From the NCBI GenBank assembly GCA_964572855.1, contig CAZNGF010000003.1:81-64080 (forward strand): 64,000 bases of DNA. Reading direction: 5' to 3'. Below, piece by piece: positions 1 to 6,756 of this stretch. Each line of letters starts with the position of its first letter. The stretch's first letter is position 1. This DNA is from an uncultured Thermotogae bacterium. GTDB taxonomy: Bacteria; Bipolaricaulota; Bipolaricaulia; RBG-16-55-9; JAJCYT01. The translations under genes and the position numbers were made by a program. The notes below the pieces were generated by a model. The model saw only the letters and a program-made list of their open reading frames with translations. It did no database searches and was not told the DNA's origin.

Positions 1-1750
1 TGCCGATGTCGCGTATCGAACTGGCGTCGTTTTCACCGACATCTACAGCGGAACCCGCTTTCAACGTCGTAGTCGGCAAGTCGGAATTCGCCGGCACGAC
101 AAAGACTTGCCCCTGTGTCACTTCAACCGTCGTGAAGTCATCTTCATTGCGTGCGGTGAATTGTCCAAGACCCTGGATCATCGCATTCGCGTCATTTGTT
201 TCGACAACAAGTCCCAGATCTCCGTGAAGCGTCTCGATGGCAACCTCGCCTGTCGGGAGCGAAATCCTTATGTGCATATCCTCTGCTGTTTGCTGAGGTG
301 AAGCCATTGCGATTTCTGATTCTGCACTGATTTCACAGACGTTTTTGACCAAAATTACGATCAAAGGGGCAAGTCCAATTTCCAGCGAAGTAGAGCCTCC
401 GGTTGGCCCACTAAACAGATAGCTTATGAGGGGATAGTAATTTCTTGCTTGATTCTTAAAACACTCGATATCAAACGATACTTTAGAACCATCAACGGTG
501 AGCGTTTTCACATTTTCAGACTCAATCTCACTTATGGGGATCCTCTGCTCTATGTTTCCTGACTCGCCCCTTACGACGAGATCGCCTTCAGACGAGGGGG
601 TTGGCTCCTTAACGACCTTGAATGTAAGGGAGGCGCTGGCTTCGGCCCCGTGTTCGTCGGTCACGATGACCTGAACCGTGTAAGTCCCACTCGGCGTCAG
701 CAGCCTTGTGAGTTCTGCCTCCTCTTTGACGATCCCGAAGGGGCTGTCCCCAATGAACCATGTATAAGTCAGGTCAGCATCTTCTGCGCCCGTTACGTCG
801 GCGCGCAGGACCGTTTCCGTTTCCACCGTGGGGTTCTCGGTGAGCAGGATCAGCTCCACGGTGAAGTCGTTGGCTTGGGTGGCGCTCACCGTGAATTGAA
901 TCCGATCGCTGGCCTCGCCGCCGTTGCCGTCGCGGATGACCACCTCCATGACGTAGGTGCCTGCCTCCGGCTGCTCCCAGATGGCCTCCGGGCTGTTGCC
1001 CACGTTCGTCTGTCGAACGCCCTCGAAGAACCACTCATAGGTCAGATCGTCCCCGTCCGGATCGGACGCGTCCGCGAAGAACTCGATTGGCTCGTCGGGC
1101 GTAGGATTGCGTGACGACAAAAGCAGCTCTACCGTCGGGGGCCGGTTGTCACTGGGGGGCGGTGGCGTTGTCCCGCCACAAGATAACGTAGGCCGGTGGG
1201 CTGACACCAATCCATCGATCATTGTGCTTTCGATATCGAAAATCTTGCTGGTCCTGATTCCGTTTTCGTAAAGCCAAACAACGGTGATCACCTGAGCGTC
1301 ATATAGCCGGGACAGCTTCTTGGTGTAGTTGAATTCACCCATAGGTGGAGTCACACGTGGGGAAACACTTCCTTCGTCGAACACAAGCGCGTAATCATCT
1401 CCGGTATCGACGAAATCGTGAGAATCTGGGTTGGGATTTGCGTGAAAGTCATCCCATTCTTCTTGTGTGCGGTCTAAACATTGGTATCTCACGTTGATCA
1501 TGGAGACCCCTACGTCTTGATCTCCATAGGTACAAACGAAGTCACGAACGAAACCGGAAGATGCTCGCCAGCGACTGTCGTCATTTAACACCGAGAAATC
1601 ACCCAATATGCCACCCGCTTCACAATTCAGTGCGGGTTGAGACCGAGCAGCTTGATAATGGCTCAAAGAAACCAACAACACGACCAGTAAAGTTACCACG
1701 CACTTAGAGGTAACAAGTCCTCGTTGCCGCTCGCCACCCGACCGCTGCAT
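1..1750 (-). CDS. Secreted protein with two PKD/Ig-like domains and a FecR-like C-terminal region; 3' end runs off the window
   Basis: Not in the ORF track because no stop lies in the window. Manual translation from ATG at 1750 (SD AAGGAGG upstream) gives MQRSGGERQRGLVTSKCVVTLLVVLLVSLSHYQAARSQ (signal-like), then NRPPTVELLLSSRNPTPDEPIEFFADASDPDGDDLTYEW and GTYTVQVIVTDEHG (PKD motifs), then TTVEVTQGQVFV...TTLKAG (FecR-like). Open to position 2. Confidence 0.85.
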   Translation of the reverse strand, partial: MQRSGGERQRGLVTSKCVVTLLVVLLVSLSHYQAARSQPALNCEAGGILGDFSVLNDDSRWRASSGFVRDFVCTYGDQDVGVSMINVRYQCLDRTQEEWDDFHANPNPDSHDFVDTGDDYALVFDEGSVSPRVTPPMGEFNYTKKLSRLYDAQVITVVWLYENGIRTSKIFDIESTMIDGLVSAHRPTLSCGGTTPPPPSDNRPPTVELLLSSRNPTPDEPIEFFADASDPDGDDLTYEWFFEGVRQTNVGNSPEAIWEQPEAGTYVMEVVIRDGNGGEASDRIQFTVSATQANDFTVELILLTENPTVETETVLRADVTGAEDADLTYTWFIGDSPFGIVKEEAELTRLLTPSGTYTVQVIVTDEHGAEASASLTFKVVKEPTPSSEGDLVVRGESGNIEQRIPISEIESENVKTLTVDGSKVSFDIECFKNQARNYYPLISYLFSGPTGGSTSLEIGLAPLIVILVKNVCEISAESEIAMASPQQTAEDMHIRISLPTGEVAIETLHGDLGLVVETNDANAMIQGLGQFTARNEDDFTTVEVTQGQVFVVPANSDLPTTTLKAGSAVDVGENDASSIRDIG

Positions 1751-1772
1751 CGAACTGACCTCCTTGGGATTG

Positions 1773-1854
1773 AAAAAACTAGGCCCGTTCCAGTCACAAG
1801 ATCGCACGACGAAGGACCTTGTGTTCTTGAACGGGTTTCAACATCAGTATAGCA
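1773..1854 (-). promoter_or_regulatory. Extended -10 (TGcTATACT) followed by a long leader hairpin and U-tract upstream of the PKD/FecR gene
   Basis: Reverse complement of 1842-1854 is TGCTATACTGATG. Inverted repeats CCCGTTC/GAACGGG (1784-1790/1829-1835) and CACAAG/CTTGTG (1795-1800/1818-1823). A6 at 1773-1778 is U6 on the minus strand. Confidence 0.5.
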
Positions 1855-1948
1855 CATTTCGTCAGAAGGTTTTCTCGGTCGCGTACGCGGCGAGGTTGTT
1901 CAGCGGGCGTTACCATGGCCGGCGGCGGAAAGGAACGGCGTGAGCGCG

Positions 1949-2110
1949 TTTGCATTCGAGATGCTCGCTCCCCGCCTGCTCATGGCCCACAACCTCACGT
2001 ATGGGGCGAGCTGATGCGCCAGGTGCGCGCGGCGGTTGCCGAGGGGACGTTGGACGCACTCGAGGCCGTAGTCGCTCAGCGCGCCATAGCCAAAGCCTGG
2101 CCACGCCACC
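1949..2110 (+). pseudogene. tgt: Frameshifted 3' fragment resembling the C-terminus of queuine tRNA-ribosyltransferase
   Basis: One frame reads FAFEMLAPRLLMAHNL, another continues HVWGELMRQVRAAVAEGTLDALEA. Restoring one C at about 1994 yields EMLAPRLLMAHNLHVWGELMRQVRAAVAEG, matching the Tgt C-terminal pattern E-x-L-x-x-R-L-x-x-x-HNL...LM..IR.AI..G. Confidence 0.6.
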
Positions 2111-2656
2111 TCAGAAAGAAGGTTTCTCTTCTGGAGCGGCTCCCCGCCGGTACGGGGCGACCCCGCCGGCCGTGCCGGGCGAGAGCTCGAAGCCGGTCAG
2201 CCTCGCGTTGGCCGCGTCGCCGGCCACGACCTTGCTCCCCTCGATCACGACCGGCGAGTTCCCGTCGCCCAGCGCCTTGAACGTGACCCGCACCACCTTG
2301 CCCTCGATCAATCCGCCGGCCGGCTTCACGGCGCCGAAGCCGAAGGTGCCGCTGGCGTTGTCGATCGCGCTGGCCAGCACGACGAAGTCGCCCGCGCCCT
2401 CGATCCCGGTGACCTCGATTGTCTCGGGGTCAAAGCTGACACCGTCTTCGTCGATCGAGAGCGCGGCCAGCCCGCCGCCCGGCATGCCCGAGACAGCGAT
2501 GTAAAACGCCCCCGTGCCGCCCGCGGTCGCGAACCCGTCCAGCACGCCCAGCGAAAAGCCGCTCAAGCCCCCGCCGAAGAAGAAGCCGCAGGCGGTCAGG
2601 CTCAGCGCCAGAACGGCGTTGAGGGCGAGCGCGCCCAGCGCACGAAGCATTGTCAT
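2111..2656 (-). CDS. Lipoprotein with a cohesin-like beta-sandwich domain
   Basis: Lipobox LTAC. Alternating beta-strand pattern with VSFDPETIEVTGIEG...IDNASGTFGFGAV...GKVVRVTFKALGDG.SPVVI, typical of cohesin domains. Confidence 0.65.
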   Translation of the reverse strand: MTMLRALGALALNAVLALSLTACGFFFGGGLSGFSLGVLDGFATAGGTGAFYIAVSGMPGGGLAALSIDEDGVSFDPETIEVTGIEGAGDFVVLASAIDNASGTFGFGAVKPAGGLIEGKVVRVTFKALGDGNSPVVIEGSKVVAGDAANARLTGFELSPGTAGGVAPYRRGAAPEEKPSF

Positions 2657-2719
2657 TCAACCTCCTGTAAGACCTTTTTATCCCTTGCAGGCGCCCCTGT
2701 CAACCTCGCTGAGGAGCCA

Positions 2720-2746
2720 GGGCGCACGGCACGGCAGGTCCCTACG
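2720..2746 (-). repeat. Degenerate GTAG-type REP-like sequence
   Basis: Reverse complement CGTAGGGACCTGCCGTGCCGTGCGCCC shares GTAGGG and GCCGTGCGCCC with the REP at 18146-18175. Confidence 0.35.
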
Positions 2747-2752
2747 ATCGGC

Positions 2753-3916
2753 CTATTTCTGGCGGAACGAGCTGTGCCAGGAGGTGAACAGGCGCTCCAT
2801 GAGCGCGATGAAGTTGTAGAACAGGATGCCGATCAGGCTGGCGTAGGCGATGGCGGCGAAGGTGACGTCGTAGCGGCCGCCGCGGGCCGAGAGCGAGATG
2901 CGCTGCCCCAGCCCCTGCGGCGGACCGGGGATGAGGAACTCGGCCACGATCACGCTGATGAACACGATGATGCTGGCGATCTTGAGCGCGTTGAACACGT
3001 ATGGCAGCGCGTTGGGGAAACGCAGCATGCGCAGCACGTGACGCGGCTTGGCGGCGTACGACTGCATCAGATCGAGCTTGAGCGGGTCGATCACGGTCAG
3101 GCCCTGCACGACGTTGACCAGCACGGGGAAGAAGCTCACGATCACGGCCACGGCGGCCTTGGATTCCCAGTCCACGCCGAAGGCCCGGCCCAGCACGGGC
3201 GCCAGCCCGACGATCGGGATCGCGCTGAACGCCGTGGCCAGCGGCAGGAAGCCCCGCTGCATGAAGCGGCTGAACGCGATCAACACGCCCATGACCACGC
3301 CCGCCGTGATGCCCATGCCGTAGCCCAGCAGCACCTGCATCACGAAGGTGCGGATGCTGTCCTCGACCAGCACGCCGCTGGAGGAGAGCAGCACGGCGTA
3401 GACGTCGCTCACGCGCGGGAAGAAGGCCAGCGGCACGCGTAACCCCTCGGTGACGGCCTCCCAGCTCAAAAACAGCGCTGCGGGCACGCTGGCCGGGGGC
3501 AATAGATCGCGCATGAGCCGCGTGAGCCGGTCGGTGGCCGCAAGCGTGCTGAGCTGGGTCACCGCCCCGCCGGCGGCCAGCAGCGAACCCCAGAAGCTGA
3601 GCCAGAACCCCGTCCCCGCCGGGTCCGTGTAGCCCGCGCCGAGCGCGTCCTTGAACCCCAGCAGCGCGACCAGCGAGCCGGCCACGCCGCAGGCCAGCAG
3701 CCCCGCCCCCGCCCACTTGGACCCGCGCCCGAAGGACAACAGCAGGGCGGCCAGCGCGAGCCCCAGCGCGGTCCACCCCGCCCAGGCCGCCGGCGCGATC
3801 GCGCTCAAGGGCAGTACGCCTTCGGCCTCGTTGCCGGCCCAGGGGAGTGCCAGCCCCCAGAGCGAAAGCAGCGCGCCCAGCAGCCCGCCCCAATTCAAGC
3901 GCGCGCGCCACGTCAT
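2753..3916 (-). CDS. NitT/TauT-family ABC transporter permease with extra N-terminal TM segments
   Basis: Hydrophobic; IPIVGLAP and LDLMQSYAAKPRHVLRMLRFPNALPYVFNALK (EAA-loop variant of SsuC/TauC-type pyrimidine permeases). Confidence 0.9.
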   Translation of the reverse strand: MTWRARLNWGGLLGALLSLWGLALPWAGNEAEGVLPLSAIAPAAWAGWTALGLALAALLLSFGRGSKWAGAGLLACGVAGSLVALLGFKDALGAGYTDPAGTGFWLSFWGSLLAAGGAVTQLSTLAATDRLTRLMRDLLPPASVPAALFLSWEAVTEGLRVPLAFFPRVSDVYAVLLSSSGVLVEDSIRTFVMQVLLGYGMGITAGVVMGVLIAFSRFMQRGFLPLATAFSAIPIVGLAPVLGRAFGVDWESKAAVAVIVSFFPVLVNVVQGLTVIDPLKLDLMQSYAAKPRHVLRMLRFPNALPYVFNALKIASIIVFISVIVAEFLIPGPPQGLGQRISLSARGGRYDVTFAAIAYASLIGILFYNFIALMERLFTSWHSSFRQK

Positions 3917-3944
3917 GGTCGGCCCTCCCGCTTTCGCATGCGCC

Positions 3945-5822
3945 TCACGCCTTCCTCACCCAGGGGGCGATCAGCTTCTCGAGCCAGCCCACGCCGGTCA
4001 CGAACACGATGCCCATCAGCGACGAGAGGATGAACAGGATCCACAGATCGGCCACGTTGCCGGCCTGGACCTGGCCCAGAATGGCAAAGCCCAGCCCCTT
4101 GGCATTCGAGGTCTCGGTCTCGGCGATGAGCGCCCCGACCAGCGAGGCGGCCGCCCCGACCTTGAAGCTGGCGAAGATAAACGGCATGGCCGCAAACAGC
4201 CTGAGCTTGAAGAACACGTGGCGCTGCTTGGCCGCGTACGAGCGCATCAGGTCCAGCGAGAGCGGGTCCACCGAGCGCAAGCCCTTGGCCGCGCCGACCG
4301 AGATCGGGAAGAAGCTCAAATACCCCCCGATGATGGCCGTGGGCAGGATGCTCGTCTGGATGCGCACGCCGAAGTTGGCCAAAATCAGCACGAGCATGGG
4401 CACGAGCGCGATGATGGGCACGGTTTGCGAGGCGATCACCCACGGCAGCAGCGCGCGCTCCAGCGGGCGCACCAGCACGAACAGGATCGCCAGCGCCAGG
4501 CCCACGAAGCCGCCGGCCAGCAGCGCGACCAGCGTCCCGCGCGCGGTGTAGAACCCCTGGCGCGCGACGTTGCGGTCGCTGGACCAGTCGTAGCGGGTCA
4601 AGTAGTCCGGCGCGATGGTGAAGATCCAGTGCGGCAGCGGCACGGGGTGCTGCGGCAGCGCCAGAAAGCACTCGACCAGGTTGGTCCCGCACTTGGGCCG
4701 GTCGTAGACCGTGTAGCGGTCGGTCCAGACGACGCTGCCCGGTTCGGGAGCCTGGGCCAGCACGAGCCGGCTGACGTCGGCGTCCTGGACGACGTAGTCG
4801 CGCTGGGTCAGCCGGTTGCGCCGCGAGGGCGGCGTGGACAGCGTGACGGTGGCGCCGTCCTGGGTGTAGTCCGCGCCCGCTTCGAGCGCGCGCCCGTCCA
4901 GCGTGATGATCCCGCCGGGCTCGGGGAACGTGAACGTCACGCGCTGGCCGTCGGGCGGGGAGCGCGGGCGGCGCTCGGTGGCGCTCAGGAGCGCGTCGTC
5001 CACGTAGATCCGGCGCTCGGGGTCGGCGGGCATGACGCGCGGCCGGCTCAGCCGAAACGTCCGATTGCGGCCGTCGACCTCGCCTTCCAGTCTCTCGGCC
5101 CAGCGCACGACCCGTTCGGCCAGCTCGACCTCGGCGCCGGCCGGCGGCGGCTGGCGGAACACGAGCGTCGAGTCGTCCGCCCAGGCGTAGTCCCCGGTCA
5201 CGCGCAGGGGGCGGGCCCAGTCCGGCTCGGCGCGCAGCGCCAGCCAGATGCCGGGCGCCTCCTCCAACACGAGCGTCGTCCCATCCAGCGTGTAATCCTC
5301 GCCCTCGACCAGCCGCTCGCCCCGCAGGACGAACGTGCCCTCGCTCCCCGTGAACGTGAACGTGGTCCGCTTTCCGTCGGGCTTTTCCGGGGGCTTTTCG
5401 TAGGCCTCGACCATGAGCCGGCCGTCGAGGTAGAGCGGCCGCCCCTGGCCGGACCGTTCGACCCGGAAGACGCGGTTGCTCCCGTCCGGCTGGACGTCGA
5501 GCTCGGCCAGCTCGAGCGAGCTCTCGGCGTCGGGCAGGCGCACGCCGCCGGCGCCGACCTCGTAGGGACCGGAGAAGGGCGCCCCGTCCCTCACGAGCAA
5601 CCCCTGACCCAAATCGGCGTCGGGACCGAACTCGAGCTGCGTGGGGTCGGTGGTGTCCAACGGGGGAGAGGCCCGAAACGTCTCCTGCGACCAGCGGCTG
5701 CGGTCCTCGAGCTGGGTCCTGGCCATGGGATAGCCCGCCAGGAACGCGACCGGGTAGCCCAGCACGAAGATCGCGCCCAGCACGACCAGCAGGGGCGCCC
5801 ACCGCTTGAGCCGCTGGATCAA
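3945..5822 (-). CDS. NitT/TauT-family ABC permease fused to a roughly 380-aa extracytoplasmic repeat region
   Basis: N-terminal TM, long soluble insert, then SQTVPIIALVP...LDLMRSYAAKQRHVFFKLRLFAAMPFIFASFKVG. TTG start overlaps the ATPase stop. Confidence 0.9.
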   Translation of the reverse strand: MIQRLKRWAPLLVVLGAIFVLGYPVAFLAGYPMARTQLEDRSRWSQETFRASPPLDTTDPTQLEFGPDADLGQGLLVRDGAPFSGPYEVGAGGVRLPDAESSLELAELDVQPDGSNRVFRVERSGQGRPLYLDGRLMVEAYEKPPEKPDGKRTTFTFTGSEGTFVLRGERLVEGEDYTLDGTTLVLEEAPGIWLALRAEPDWARPLRVTGDYAWADDSTLVFRQPPPAGAEVELAERVVRWAERLEGEVDGRNRTFRLSRPRVMPADPERRIYVDDALLSATERRPRSPPDGQRVTFTFPEPGGIITLDGRALEAGADYTQDGATVTLSTPPSRRNRLTQRDYVVQDADVSRLVLAQAPEPGSVVWTDRYTVYDRPKCGTNLVECFLALPQHPVPLPHWIFTIAPDYLTRYDWSSDRNVARQGFYTARGTLVALLAGGFVGLALAILFVLVRPLERALLPWVIASQTVPIIALVPMLVLILANFGVRIQTSILPTAIIGGYLSFFPISVGAAKGLRSVDPLSLDLMRSYAAKQRHVFFKLRLFAAMPFIFASFKVGAAASLVGALIAETETSNAKGLGFAILGQVQAGNVADLWILFILSSLMGIVFVTGVGWLEKLIAPWVRKA

Positions 5823-6643
5823 TCGGACCCCTTCTCGACGCGGCGCAGGGCTTCGCGCACCTCGGTGGCCAGCTCGAAGTAGCGCGGCGACTCGCGGGTC
5901 TCGGCCGTGCGGGGTTGCGGCAGGTCGACCCCGATGATCTCATTGATGCGCCCCGGCCGCGGGCTCATCACGACGACGCGCGTCGAGAGGAAGGTGGCCT
6001 CCGAGATCGAGTGCGTCACGAAGATGACCGTGGTCTCGGTCTCGCGCCAGAGGCGCAGCAGTTCGAGCTGCATGGCCTCGCGCGTGATCTCGTCCAGCGC
6101 GCCGAAGGGCTCGTCCATCAACAGGATGCTGGGCGAGAACGAGAGCGCGCGGGCGATCGAGACGCGCTGCTGCATGCCGCCGGAGAGCTGCCAGGGGTAG
6201 TGCTTGCCGAAGTCGTCCAGGCCGACGAGCGCGAGCAACCGCTCGGCGCGGCGCTCGCGTTCGGCCTTGGACACGCCCATGATCTCGAGCGGGAGCTGGA
6301 CGTTCTTCTTGACGGTGCGCCATTCGTAGAGCACGGGCGACTGGAACACGTAGCCGTAGTCCCGGTCCAGGCGCGACTGCTCCGGCGTCTTGCCCCCGAC
6401 GACGATCTCGCCGCGGGTGACCTGCTCGAGGTCGGCCACCAGCCGCAGCAGCGTCGTCTTGCCGCAGCCGCTGGGTCCGATGAGCGAGACGAACTCGCCG
6501 GGCGCGATCGACAAGCTGGCCTCGCTGAGCGCGACCACGTCGCCGCCCTTGCCGGGGAACACCTTTTCGACGTCCGAAATGCGGATGACCGGCTCGGTGG
6601 CGGTCCCCCGCGCTTCGGCCTCCTGCGTCGCTTCCTCAACCAT
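5819..6643 (-). CDS. NitT/TauT-family ABC transporter ATP-binding protein
   Basis: Walker A GPSGCGKT, LSGGMQQR signature, LLMDEPFGALD, VTHS. Start moved to ATG 6643, which has a GGAGG SD. Confidence 0.95.
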   Translation of the reverse strand: MVEEATQEAEARGTATEPVIRISDVEKVFPGKGGDVVALSEASLSIAPGEFVSLIGPSGCGKTTLLRLVADLEQVTRGEIVVGGKTPEQSRLDRDYGYVFQSPVLYEWRTVKKNVQLPLEIMGVSKAERERRAERLLALVGLDDFGKHYPWQLSGGMQQRVSIARALSFSPSILLMDEPFGALDEITREAMQLELLRLWRETETTVIFVTHSISEATFLSTRVVVMSPRPGRINEIIGVDLPQPRTAETRESPRYFELATEVREALRRVEKGSD

Positions 6644-6756
6644 GGCAACAACCTCCGTAGGGAAGGCATAATAAACCGCTCCCAAAACGGTGTCAATCCT
6701 AAAAAGCAATGATCTGGGCTATCCCGCGACGGTTCGTTGCGGACAGGGCTTGCGGC

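Noticed and set aside
3651-5943. Long overlapping ORFs of 743 aa (+) and 676 aa (-), and the many similar ORFs across the window
   Set aside because: Arg/Ala/Gly/Pro-rich shadow frames expected at high GC; each overlaps a motif-bearing gene.
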